Below the pieces are notes generated by a model, which saw only the letters and a list, made by a program, of their open reading frames with translations, was not told the DNA's origin and did no database searches. 64,000 nucleotides of DNA from Ruminococcaceae bacterium UBA2854 (lineage in GTDB: Bacteria > Bacillota > Clostridia > Oscillospirales > Acutalibacteraceae): contig DEFK01000024.1 in the NCBI GenBank assembly GCA_002350765.1, forward strand, positions 320-64,319, read 5' to 3'. The first letter of the stretch is position 1. Each line of letters begins with the position of its first letter. This document shows positions 19,202 to 28,053 of this stretch, piece by piece. The position numbers were made by a program, and so were the translations under genes.

Positions 19202-20635
19202 TTACTCCTTTACTAAATCACCTTTTAAAATCCAGTTACCCGCTTTGGTAACTTTTACATTCCGAAAAGTTCCTATTAATTCCTTAGGAGCTTTCGTTTC
19301 TACTATAATATTTCCGCTTGTACGGCAGTTTAATATATCGTCCTTTCCTTTTTCGGACTCTACAAGAACCTTTTGCACTGTTCCTACCATTGATTCACAG
19401 CGCCTGGACGCGATTTCTTCCTGAACATCAAGCAACTCTCTGAACCATTTAGACTTTTCTTCAGCGGGAATCGGGTCGTCCATTTCAGCCGCGGGAGTTC
19501 CTACTCGCGGAGAATAGATAAATGTAAACAGCGAGGTAAACTCAACCTCTCTGATTAAAGACAGGGTTTCTTTAAAATCCTCGTAGGTTTCGCCCGGGAA
19601 GCCTACGATTACATCGCTCGTTAAGCTTACGTCGGGGATTTTCTCCTTAGCATAATTGACAATATCGAGATACTTCTCCCTGTCGTAATGACGGTTCATA
19701 AGCTTTAATATACGGCTTGAGCCCGATTGAAAAGGTAGATGTAAATGCTTGCTTATATGCTTCGAGGAAGCTATAGTATCAATAAGCTCCTTGGTACAAT
19801 CCTTAGGATGCGAGGTCATAAACCTGAGCCAGTAATCTCCGTCGATACTGTCAACCTCACGTATCAATTGCGAGAAGCTTGTTTTATCCTTTAAGGTTTT
19901 ACCGTAGGAATTTACATTCTGTCCGAGTAAGGTTATATCCTTATACCCCGCGTTTATCATCTCTTTAGCTTCCGAGATAATAATATCTTTTTCACGGCTG
20001 CGTTCCCTACCTCTTACATACGGTACGATACAGTATGTACAGAAGTTGTTACAGCCGTACATAATAGGTAGCCAGCCTTTGAAATTACCGTCACGTTTTA
20101 AGGGTAAACCCTCGTGAATCAGGCTGTCGTCATTATCTCTTAGATAAACTCGTTTTCCGCTTGACAGGGCTTTATACAGAAGCTCAGGGAAAAGATGAAG
20201 AGAATGTGTTCCGAAAACAAGTCCGACATAAGGAAAGCTTTTATACATTCTTTCGGCAATATGCTTTTGTTCCATCATACAGCCGCAGAGCGCTATTAGT
20301 GTATCGGGATACTTTCTTTTTAGATTCTTTAGCGCGCCGACATTACCGAATACTCTGTCCTCGGCATGTTCTCTGACAGCGCAGGTATTAAAAAGAATAA
20401 AATCAGCGTTATCGGGTTTATCCTCGAATACAAAGCCCGCTTCTCCCAGCATACCCTTAATATGCTCGCCGTCGGCAACATTTTGCTGACAACCGTATGT
20501 GCGGATAAACGCTACGGGTTTAGCGCCGCGTTTACGTTTTTCCATTATTTCATATATAAGATTCAGGTACTCGCTCTGTGATTCGTTGAAGTCAGTTAGA
20601 GTACTATATTTTTCCGTCAAGACAAATTGCCCCAA
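19202..20635 (-). CDS. miaB: tRNA (N6-isopentenyladenosine37-C2)-methylthiotransferase MiaB
   Basis: Has the UPF0004 Cys triad (YGCQQN...CAVRE...CGC), the radical-SAM motif CNNFCTYC and a TRAM domain. The start is uncertain: TTG 20635 or ATG 20545. Confidence 0.9.
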   Translation of the reverse strand: MGQFVLTEKYSTLTDFNESQSEYLNLIYEIMEKRKRGAKPVAFIRTYGCQQNVADGEHIKGMLGEAGFVFEDKPDNADFILFNTCAVREHAEDRVFGNVGALKNLKRKYPDTLIALCGCMMEQKHIAERMYKSFPYVGLVFGTHSLHLFPELLYKALSSGKRVYLRDNDDSLIHEGLPLKRDGNFKGWLPIMYGCNNFCTYCIVPYVRGRERSREKDIIISEAKEMINAGYKDITLLGQNVNSYGKTLKDKTSFSQLIREVDSIDGDYWLRFMTSHPKDCTKELIDTIASSKHISKHLHLPFQSGSSRILKLMNRHYDREKYLDIVNYAKEKIPDVSLTSDVIVGFPGETYEDFKETLSLIREVEFTSLFTFIYSPRVGTPAAEMDDPIPAEEKSKWFRELLDVQEEIASRRCESMVGTVQKVLVESEKGKDDILNCRTSGNIIVETKAPKELIGTFRNVKVTKAGNWILKGDLVKE

Positions 20636-20656
20636 TCATAAATTACATTCCTAGTG

Positions 20657-20685
20657 ATTATACCATAAAACCAAAAACATTACAA
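20657..20685 (-). promoter_or_regulatory. candidate sigma-A promoter upstream of miaB (TTGTAA-17-TATAAT, TG-extended)
   Basis: On the minus strand, TTGTAA (20685..20680), a 17 nt spacer ending in TGG, and TATAAT (20662..20657). Confidence 0.45.
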
Positions 20686-20729
20686 TAGATTTAAAACTAT
20701 TTTTTACTATATTTTGTGTTTTTTTATAA

Positions 20730-21371
20730 TTATCTCACAATATCTGCGTATGTTGACGGGGTTGAACCTACTATTACAGTCTGGGCTATCTCGTAATCCG
20801 TTTTATAATTTACCTTTTCGCTGTACTCGGGACTGATTGTTATAATCTCCGTTTCCACTACAAGAAATATATGATGAACGGTCTGGTTTACTCCCCCACT
20901 CTCAAATTTGCTTTCGATTTTACAGTTCACCGAACCTGTTAAAACGAAGCTTATTTCTATATCGGGACCGAAGGTGCTGAATAATGTAATATCTGTAAAC
21001 GAGCCTAAAGGTAATGAAAATTTATATACTTTATTTTTATCGAGCTCGTTTTGTATTTTATCAATTGTATTTGACTTGATTCTGTTAATGTTAATTGAAT
21101 TAGCGGATATTGAATTTACCTGACCGTTATCAGAATAGTTTATTACGGCTAAATCCTTATACTTATAGTTTAGCTTTGTAACTACACTGTCTACAGCCTT
21201 TCCTATAATTCTTGCCGAAATAGTTTTAGCCTGTTTTCTGACGCATTTTTTTGTAAACGGAATCGCCTGCGACTCAAAAACTAATATAATAACGGTAATC
21301 AGTAAGATCAGTATTATTGTAATTCTTCTAAGTCTTTTATGTAATCTTGACTTTTTCTTTTTATATAACAA
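20730..21371 (-). CDS. yunB: sporulation protein YunB
   Basis: 213 aa. N-terminal TM helix and YunB-like core (GP.I.I......G.V........GVNQT.H.I). Starts with TTG. Confidence 0.7.
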   Translation of the reverse strand: MLYKKKKSRLHKRLRRITIILILLITVIILVFESQAIPFTKKCVRKQAKTISARIIGKAVDSVVTKLNYKYKDLAVINYSDNGQVNSISANSININRIKSNTIDKIQNELDKNKVYKFSLPLGSFTDITLFSTFGPDIEISFVLTGSVNCKIESKFESGGVNQTVHHIFLVVETEIITISPEYSEKVNYKTDYEIAQTVIVGSTPSTYADIVR

Positions 21372-21406
21372 AAAAACACCCCTCGTTATACTACACGAGA
21401 GGTGTT
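21371..21406 (-). terminator. intrinsic terminator after the efp-linked gene
   Basis: Minus-strand RNA folds as ACACCUCUCG-loop-CGAGGGGUGU (10 bp, one G-U pair) followed by seven U. Confidence 0.65.
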
Positions 21407-21419
21407 AGTTTGTTACATT

Positions 21420-21872
21420 TTAAAACTTAATATCGCAGTTTTCAACGTCGCAATTTTCGCAATCTTCATCGCAAAACTCGTCAGCGAATAAGCTAGAGAA
21501 ATCAAATTCCAATTCACCGCCGCAGTTAGGGCAATTCATCTCGCCCTCAATAAGAGTATCCTCGTCTACAACGATCTCAGCTCCGCAATCGGGGCACTTG
21601 ACCTCGTATTCGGGGTTATCCTCATTAAACGCGTCGTATTCATCATCTACGTCATAGCCGATTTCGTCAATAATCTCGAAAAGCTCGTCGTTCTGTTCTA
21701 TAAGGAACTGAACATCTTCCTCGATATATGTAATCTCATCGGACATATCATAGATTAAATCGAGCATTGCGTCTATAAGCTTACCCTCAGGCTTAGATTT
21801 ATCTAAATCAAGTCCTTCGGCTAGACCCTTTAAATACGCGGCTCTTTCGGAAACATTCATAAAATCAGACAT
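21420..21872 (-). CDS. highly acidic zinc-ribbon protein of unknown function (CD1247-N-terminal-domain-like)
   Basis: 150 aa. Strong SD (AAGGAGA) and a 9 nt gap after efp. Has a CPDC-x20-CPNC ribbon plus a CDEDCENCDVENC tail. About 40 percent of residues are D or E by eye. Confidence 0.75.
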   Translation of the reverse strand: MSDFMNVSERAAYLKGLAEGLDLDKSKPEGKLIDAMLDLIYDMSDEITYIEEDVQFLIEQNDELFEIIDEIGYDVDDEYDAFNEDNPEYEVKCPDCGAEIVVDEDTLIEGEMNCPNCGGELEFDFSSLFADEFCDEDCENCDVENCDIKF

Positions 21873-21881
21873 ATTATCTCC

Positions 21882-22439
21882 TTAAGCTCTGCCTAAATAC
21901 TCGCCTGTACGTGTGTCAATCTGGATAATCTCGCCCTCGTTGATAAAGAGAGGAACCTTAACCTCGGCGCCTGTTTCAACAGTAGCGGGTTTAGTAGCGT
22001 TAGTAGCAGTGTTGCCCGCAAAGCCTGGATCAGTCTTAGTAACCTCGAGTTCAACGAAGTTAGGCGGTTCAACACCGAATACATTGCCCTTGTAAGAAAG
22101 AATCTTACAAATCATATTCTCTTTAACAAATTTAAAGTTATCGCCGAGAACAGAAGCGTTAATCGGAAGCTGCTCCCATGTTTCTGTATCCATAAAGTAA
22201 TAGAGCTCGCCGTCGTTGTAGCTGTACTCCATATCCTTACGGTCTACAAAAGCCTTGGGATACTTGTCGTTGGGGTTGAAAGTTTTTTCAACAACCGAAC
22301 CTGTAATAACGTTTCTGATTTTTGTTCTTACGAACGCCGCTCCCTTTCCGGGTTTAACGTGCTGGAATTCAATAATAGAAACAACCTGACCGTCCATTTC
22401 GAAAGTTACGCCGTTTCTGAAATCACCTGCAGAAATCAT
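21882..22439 (-). CDS. efp: elongation factor P
   Basis: 185 aa counted from ATG 22439, which is 7 nt after AGGAGG. Has the loop [13 protein letters not shown]. Confidence 0.96.
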   Translation of the reverse strand: MISAGDFRNGVTFEMDGQVVSIIEFQHVKPGKGAAFVRTKIRNVITGSVVEKTFNPNDKYPKAFVDRKDMEYSYNDGELYYFMDTETWEQLPINASVLGDNFKFVKENMICKILSYKGNVFGVEPPNFVELEVTKTDPGFAGNTATNATKPATVETGAEVKVPLFINEGEIIQIDTRTGEYLGRA

Positions 22440-22471
22440 AGTCATACCTCCTGATAATTTAGTACAAATTA

Positions 22472-22500
22472 ATTATACATAAAAAAACGCTAAAATGCAA
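22472..22500 (-). promoter_or_regulatory. candidate sigma-A promoter for efp (TTGCAT-17-TATAAT)
   Basis: On the minus strand, TTGCAT (22500..22495), a 17 nt spacer and TATAAT (22477..22472). Confidence 0.5.
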
Positions 22501-22503
22501 GTA

Positions 22504-23589
22504 TTATACAATAATTAGTTCTTTTGTAATTGAAGCAAAGTTTTTATAATCGTTTTCTTTAACAAGAACCATATCCTCAATCCGTACTCCGAACTGATTT
22601 TCAAGATAAATTCCCGGCTCTACGGTAATCACCATATTCTCGGATAAAATGGTATCGCTTTTGGTGCTGACAAATGGTAATTCGTGTATATCAAGTCCTA
22701 CCCCGTGACCTGTGGAATGTCCGAAATTATCCTTATATCCCGCGTTATCTATAATATCACGCGCGGTTTTATCTATATCCGACGCCTTAACGCCTGCTTT
22801 TACGGCTTCAAGCGCCGTAGTCTGCGCTTTTAAAACTATATTATAGATTTCTCTCTGATAATCGTTACAGCTCTTAACGGCGACGGTACGTGTCATATCG
22901 CTGTGGTAGCCTTTGTACAGTGAGCCGATATCGAATGTAAAGAAATCGCCTTCTTTTACTATCCCGTCAGACGGAACACCGTGCGGAAGCGAGGTTTTCT
23001 TACCTGTAATTGTAATTAAATCAAAGCTTACTCCCGAAGCGCCGTATTTTTTTATAAGACGCTCGAGCTCAATACAAATATCCCGTTCTTTTACTCCCGG
23101 CTTAACGTAGTTCAAAACTTCGTTATAAGCTTTTTCGGTAATTTTCTGAGCCTTATCAATAAGCTTTATTTCATCCTCGCTTTTAATAAGCCTTAAATTA
23201 GAAACAGTTTTACTTAATGTATCGTCGCTAATCAAGGATATTCCGTGTTCGTTAAACCTGCGAAGCATTATATTATACTGACTTAGCGTTATATTATCCG
23301 ATTCAAGATAAATAGAGTTAACGCTGTGCTTTTTACAGATTGAGTTTATATCGTCGTAAAGCTTAGTATATAAAACGACCTTGCAGCTTTTACAAGTGTT
23401 TTTCGCAAGCTCAATATACCTGAAATCGACTAAAAGATAGCTTTTGTCTTTAGCAATTAATATCTTGCCCTCGCAGTTTAGAACCCCGCTAAGATAATAT
23501 ACGTTATTCTCGTTTGTAATAAGCAAGGCTTTTTTGTTGTCGTCTAAAAGGGCTATCAGCCTGTTTATACGATTAATATAATCATTCAA
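22504..23589 (-). CDS. M24 family Xaa-Pro aminopeptidase (YqhT-like)
   Basis: 361 aa. Has the metal ligand pattern D..D...HG.GL..HE...E. Shows aroQ-pepP-efp synteny as in Bacillus yqhS-yqhT-efp. Confidence 0.88.
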   Translation of the reverse strand: MNDYINRINRLIALLDDNKKALLITNENNVYYLSGVLNCEGKILIAKDKSYLLVDFRYIELAKNTCKSCKVVLYTKLYDDINSICKKHSVNSIYLESDNITLSQYNIMLRRFNEHGISLISDDTLSKTVSNLRLIKSEDEIKLIDKAQKITEKAYNEVLNYVKPGVKERDICIELERLIKKYGASGVSFDLITITGKKTSLPHGVPSDGIVKEGDFFTFDIGSLYKGYHSDMTRTVAVKSCNDYQREIYNIVLKAQTTALEAVKAGVKASDIDKTARDIIDNAGYKDNFGHSTGHGVGLDIHELPFVSTKSDTILSENMVITVEPGIYLENQFGVRIEDMVLVKENDYKNFASITKELIIV

Positions 23590-24021
23590 TTAAATCATTT
23601 CCTTTAAAGCGTTAAAAGCTAAAAGATAGCCGATTTCACCAAATCCGCAAATCTGTCCTTTGCATACGGGAGCGATTACGGAAGTATGGCGGAATTCTTC
23701 CCTAGCGTGAATATTGGACATATGAACCTCAATAAACGGAATACTAAGGCACGCTATAGCGTCACGCAGAGCGTAGCTGTAGTGCGTTAACGCTCCCGCG
23801 TTAATAATCACGCCGTCAAACTTATTAAAAGCCGAATGGATTTTATCTATTATATCTCCCTCGTGGTTGGATTGATATATTTCACATTCAAAGCTGTTTT
23901 CTTTAGCGTATGATAAAATGTCTTTATTTATAGTTTCCGCTGTTTCGGTACCGTATACTCCTTTTTCTCGCACGCCAACCATATTTAGATTAGGGCCGAG
24001 TATTACAAGTGCTTTTTTCAT
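23590..24021 (-). CDS. aroQ: type II 3-dehydroquinate dehydratase
   Basis: 143 aa. Has GPNLNMVGVREKGVYG and the HEG..ID motif. Confidence 0.93.
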   Translation of the reverse strand: MKKALVILGPNLNMVGVREKGVYGTETAETINKDILSYAKENSFECEIYQSNHEGDIIDKIHSAFNKFDGVIINAGALTHYSYALRDAIACLSIPFIEVHMSNIHAREEFRHTSVIAPVCKGQICGFGEIGYLLAFNALKEMI

Positions 24022-24039
24022 ATTTTACTCCTTTTAGCT

Positions 24040-24067
24040 AAAAAAGAAAGCGGACAAAATGTCCGCT
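24040..24067 (-). terminator. intrinsic terminator after rpsU
   Basis: Minus-strand RNA folds as AGCGGAC-AUUUU-GUCCGCU followed by UUCUUUUU. Confidence 0.65.
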
Positions 24068-24072
24068 TAATT

Positions 24073-24249
24073 TTATCTGTATTTACGTTTACGAGCTGCT
24101 TCGGACTTCTTTTTGCGCTTTACGGAAGGCTTCTCGTAAGCTTCTCTCTTGCGAACTTCAGCGATAACGCCTGCTCTCGCGCACTGCTTCTTAAATCTTC
24201 TTAATGCGCTTTCAAGAGATTCGTTTTCTTTAAGTCTTACTTCTGACAT
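24073..24249 (-). CDS. rpsU: 30S ribosomal protein S21
   Basis: Not in the ORF track (58 aa). My translation is [58 protein letters not shown]. The SD is GGGAGGG. Confidence 0.93.
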   Translation of the reverse strand: MSEVRLKENESLESALRRFKKQCARAGVIAEVRKREAYEKPSVKRKKKSEAARKRKYR

Positions 24250-24299
24250 TCTATATCCCTCCCATCGATATGGGTAATTTGCAAACTAATGCAATAGGT

Positions 24300-24329
24300 A
24301 TTATACAACAAGTAGACATAAAATGTCAA
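24300..24329 (-). promoter_or_regulatory. sigma-A type promoter for rpsU (TTGACA-18-TATAAT)
   Basis: On the minus strand, TTGACA (24329..24324), an 18 nt spacer and TATAAT (24305..24300). Confidence 0.55.
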
Positions 24330-24372
24330 TACCTATCAAAAAATTAGTTAAAATACGCTAAAAACAATATTA

Positions 24373-26787
24373 TTACGGTTTAACGACAATATTTACAATT
24401 CTGCCCTTAACGTAGATTTCTTTAATAATATTCATACCGTCTATAGCCTTAGCCACAGCCTCGTCAGCCTTAGCCATATTAAGAACATCGCTCTGCTCGG
24501 CGTCGGGAGCTATATTGAGCTTAGCCTTAATTTTACCGTTAACCTGTACGGCGATTTCAATTGTCTGCTCAACACACTTGCTCTCGTCGTATTCGGGCCA
24601 GTTCTGCTCTGCGACTATACCCTCGCCCAGCGAGCACACATCCCAGATTTCCTCACTTACGTGGGGTGAGAACGGATTTAAAAGAATAGCGAATATAGCA
24701 AGTTCTTTCTTATTGATTGAACCGAACGCGGTTATATCGTTAATAAGCGACATTAAAGCCGCGATAGCTGTATTAAACTTAATATTTTCTATATCGTCGC
24801 CGACCTTTTTAATCGTTTTATGGAAAGCGCTTTCGAGCTCGGGACGGATTGTATCGCCGTCTACGAGGATATTCTGTAAGTTCCAGAAACGCTCGATAAA
24901 TCTTCTGCATCCTCTTATGCTGGAGGTTTTCCAGGGCGCGGCTTTCTCGAAGTCGCCGATAAACATTTCGTAAAGACGCATTGTATCAGCGCCGTATTCG
25001 TCAACGATTTCGTCGGGATTAACTACGTTGCCTCTTGATTTAGACATCTTCTCGCCGTTCTCGCCTAATATCATACCATGGCTGGTACGTTTAGCGTACG
25101 GCTCTTTTGTAGGAACGATACCTAAATCGTACAGGAACTTATGCCAGAAACGGCTGTAGAGCAAGTGAAGCGTGGTATGCTCCATACCGCCGTTATACCA
25201 GTCTACGGGCGACCAGTACTCTAAAGCTTCCTTGGATGCTAAAGCCTCGTTGTTATGAGGATCCATATATCTTAAGAAGTACCATGACGAACCTGCCCAC
25301 TGAGGCATAGTATCGGTTTCTCTTAAAGCTTTTCCGCCGCAGCACGGACAGGTTGTGTTGATCCAGTCCGTCATCTTAGCGAGCGGAGATTCGCCCGTAT
25401 CTGTAGGCTCATAAGAATCAACCATAGGAAGCTTAAGCGGAAGCTCGCTCTCGTCAATCGGAACATATCCGCATTTCTCACAATGAACAATCGGAATAGG
25501 CTCTCCCCAGTAACGCTGGCGAGAGAATACCCAGTCGCGGAGCTTATAGTTAACCTTTGCTCGTCCGATTTTATTATCCTCGAGCCATTTAATCATCTTT
25601 ACTTTAGCGTCCTCAACAGATAAACCGTCGATAAAGCCTGAGTTGGTTAAAACGCCTGTAGCGCAGTCGGTAAAGGCTTCTTCCTGTACATCCTTACCGC
25701 CCTTAACTACTTCGATAATAGGTAAGTTGAATTTCTTAGCGAACTCCCAGTCACGGGTATCGTGAGCGGGAACCGCCATAATAGCGCCTGTACCGTAGGA
25801 TACAAGTACATAATCTGATACGAAAATCGGGATTTTAGTATTGTTAACAGGGTTAATTGCCTCAACACCGTCGAGCTTAACGCCTGTCTTTTCCTTAGCG
25901 ACCTCAGTACGCTCGAAATCAGATTTCTTTGAAGCCTCGAGCTGGTACGCTCTGATTTCGTCAATGTTATTGAGCTTATCCGCCCACTTCTCAATAAGCG
26001 GGTGCTCGGGAGAAATAACCATATATGTAGCGCCGAATAATGTATCACAGCGGGTTGTATATACGGTAAGCTTATCGCCTGTTGTAGCTGTAAAATCAAC
26101 CTCAGCACCAGTTGAACGTCCGATCCAGTTAATCTGCTGCGCCTTAACGCGCGCGGGATAATCTACTAAATTGAGGTCGTTTATAAGTCTGTCGGCGTAA
26201 GCGGTGATTTTAAGCATCCACTGGGATTTATCCTTACGGATAACTTCGCTTGAACAACGCTCGCATTTACCGTCAACGACCTCCTCGTTAGCTAAAACGC
26301 ACTTACAGGAGGTACACCAGTTAACGTTCATCTTTTTCTTATAAGCTAAGTCGTGCTTGAACAGCTGTAAGAAAATCCACTGCGTCCATTTATAGTAATC
26401 GGGATCTGTTGTATTGATCTCCCGACTCCAATCGAAAGAAATACCGAGCGACTGGATCTGCTTTTTAAAACGAGCGATATTCTGCTTGGTAACTACTTCG
26501 GGGTGAATGTGATTCTTAATAGCGTAGTTCTCGGTAGGAAGTCCGAAAGCGTCCCAACCGATAGGATAAAGCACATTATAACCCTGGAGCCTTCTTTTAC
26601 GGGCAACGGTATCGAGCGCCGTATACGGACGCGGATGTCCTACGTGAAGTCCCTGTCCCGAAGGATAAGGAAACTCTATAAGAGCGTAAAACTTTTCTTT
26701 CGAGGTATCGTTACTCGCGTGGAAAACACCCTTTTTCTCCCAGATATTTTGCCATTTTTCTTCTACAGTCTTATGATTATATTTCAT
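24373..26787 (-). CDS. leuS: leucine--tRNA ligase
   Basis: 804 aa. Has HVGH and KMSKS motifs and a CP1 editing domain. Confidence 0.97.
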   Translation of the reverse strand: MKYNHKTVEEKWQNIWEKKGVFHASNDTSKEKFYALIEFPYPSGQGLHVGHPRPYTALDTVARKRRLQGYNVLYPIGWDAFGLPTENYAIKNHIHPEVVTKQNIARFKKQIQSLGISFDWSREINTTDPDYYKWTQWIFLQLFKHDLAYKKKMNVNWCTSCKCVLANEEVVDGKCERCSSEVIRKDKSQWMLKITAYADRLINDLNLVDYPARVKAQQINWIGRSTGAEVDFTATTGDKLTVYTTRCDTLFGATYMVISPEHPLIEKWADKLNNIDEIRAYQLEASKKSDFERTEVAKEKTGVKLDGVEAINPVNNTKIPIFVSDYVLVSYGTGAIMAVPAHDTRDWEFAKKFNLPIIEVVKGGKDVQEEAFTDCATGVLTNSGFIDGLSVEDAKVKMIKWLEDNKIGRAKVNYKLRDWVFSRQRYWGEPIPIVHCEKCGYVPIDESELPLKLPMVDSYEPTDTGESPLAKMTDWINTTCPCCGGKALRETDTMPQWAGSSWYFLRYMDPHNNEALASKEALEYWSPVDWYNGGMEHTTLHLLYSRFWHKFLYDLGIVPTKEPYAKRTSHGMILGENGEKMSKSRGNVVNPDEIVDEYGADTMRLYEMFIGDFEKAAPWKTSSIRGCRRFIERFWNLQNILVDGDTIRPELESAFHKTIKKVGDDIENIKFNTAIAALMSLINDITAFGSINKKELAIFAILLNPFSPHVSEEIWDVCSLGEGIVAEQNWPEYDESKCVEQTIEIAVQVNGKIKAKLNIAPDAEQSDVLNMAKADEAVAKAIDGMNIIKEIYVKGRIVNIVVKP

Positions 26788-26800
26788 ATTTACCTCCCGA

Positions 26801-27154
26801 TTAATCTAAAATTTCCGATAAATCAAGCTCTTTACCATCCTGCCACAGACGCTCGAGATTATAGAACTCTCTCGCTTCTTCGTTAAATACATTAACGATT
26901 ATATCGACATAGTCAAGTAAAATCCAGCTGTTGGAGCGATGTCCTTCAATATGGCTTACGGAAACTCCCGCTTCGTCCATCTGATACTCAACCTCATCAG
27001 CTAATGATTTAACCTGTGTACTGCTTCTACCTGTTGCGATTACCATATAATCAGCTAAGATAGTAACGTCGGAAATCTCGATAATCTTAATATCCTGAGC
27101 AATTTTTGAATCTAAAATCTTCGCTATTTTTACAGCTTGTTCGTAAGTTGTCAT
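26801..27154 (-). CDS. rsfS: ribosome silencing factor RsfS
   Basis: 117 aa with a DY.VI..G.S..Q-type core. Sits in the yqeK-rsfS position. Confidence 0.92.
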   Translation of the reverse strand: MTTYEQAVKIAKILDSKIAQDIKIIEISDVTILADYMVIATGRSSTQVKSLADEVEYQMDEAGVSVSHIEGHRSNSWILLDYVDIIVNVFNEEAREFYNLERLWQDGKELDLSEILD

Positions 27155-27738
27155 TACTGCAACCCTTTCTCTTTTAAAGTAGTTATTATATCGTTATAGC
27201 AATTAATAGCGTTGCTATGTATTGTTAAATTTCTTTTTGCTAAATCGGTGATTGTAAATTGCAAGCCGAAAAGCATAGCGTCCTCCAAAGAGTGGTTATA
27301 TGCTTTATCTCTCATAATCTCAACACCGTTATAGTCACGTTCATCTCCGATAAAATCAGCGACAAAAATAATTTTCTCCAGCAAAGACATCCCTGCTCTG
27401 CCTGTAGTATGATACATTATAGCGTTTAATATATCCTCATCTTTAATACCAAGCGTATTACGCGCGTAAACGCTTCCCGCGATTGAATGCCACAGCTTCG
27501 AGGTGCCTTTTTCAACCGCGTCAAGTATTATACCACCGCTTAAGATAATTTGCAACATTTCATCCTTGGGTATTTCCTTACAGGAATCGTGCAATATACC
27601 CGCGATTTCCGCTTTTTCCACATCAGCGCCGTAAATTTCAGCGAGCTTAACCGCCGCTTTCGCTACATTAACGCTGTGGATATAGCGTCTTTCCCCCATC
27701 CGTGTTCTAATTAAAGAACGGTATTCTTCCGCGTTCAC
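27154..27738 (-). CDS. yqeK: HD-domain bis(5'-nucleosyl)-tetraphosphatase YqeK
   Basis: 194 aa. Has RY.HS..V and GLLHD HD-domain motifs. Starts with GTG after an AAAGGGG SD. Confidence 0.88.
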   Translation of the reverse strand: MNAEEYRSLIRTRMGERRYIHSVNVAKAAVKLAEIYGADVEKAEIAGILHDSCKEIPKDEMLQIILSGGIILDAVEKGTSKLWHSIAGSVYARNTLGIKDEDILNAIMYHTTGRAGMSLLEKIIFVADFIGDERDYNGVEIMRDKAYNHSLEDAMLFGLQFTITDLAKRNLTIHSNAINCYNDIITTLKEKGLQ

Positions 27739-27741
27739 AAT

Positions 27742-28053
27742 TTACCCCTTTTTATTCTTTGCTTTAGGAAGCGTAATCTGAGGCTCGTCGGGATTAGGTC
27801 TGTATAAAACGAATTTAGAGCCGATAACCTGTACTACATCGCAATTTACAGCTGGTTCAATTAAATCGGCTGCTTCGCGGGAAGATAAAGGACAATGCTC
27901 AAGGCATTTACCTTTTATAAGCTCTCTCGCAGTTAAAGCGTCGTCAACCTGCTTTATAATCTGTTCATTCATTCCGCCTTTACCGACGAAAACAATTGTA
28001 TCTATTGAATTAGCTAAGCTTCTTAAATAAGCTCTCTGTTTACTTGTTAACAT
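27742..28053 (-). CDS. yhbY: YhbY/CRM-domain RNA-binding protein
   Basis: 103 aa. Contains LTSKQRAYLRSLAN...GKGG...L..RELIK. Confidence 0.88.
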   Translation of the reverse strand: MLTSKQRAYLRSLANSIDTIVFVGKGGMNEQIIKQVDDALTARELIKGKCLEHCPLSSREAADLIEPAVNCDVVQVIGSKFVLYRPNPDEPQITLPKAKNKKG

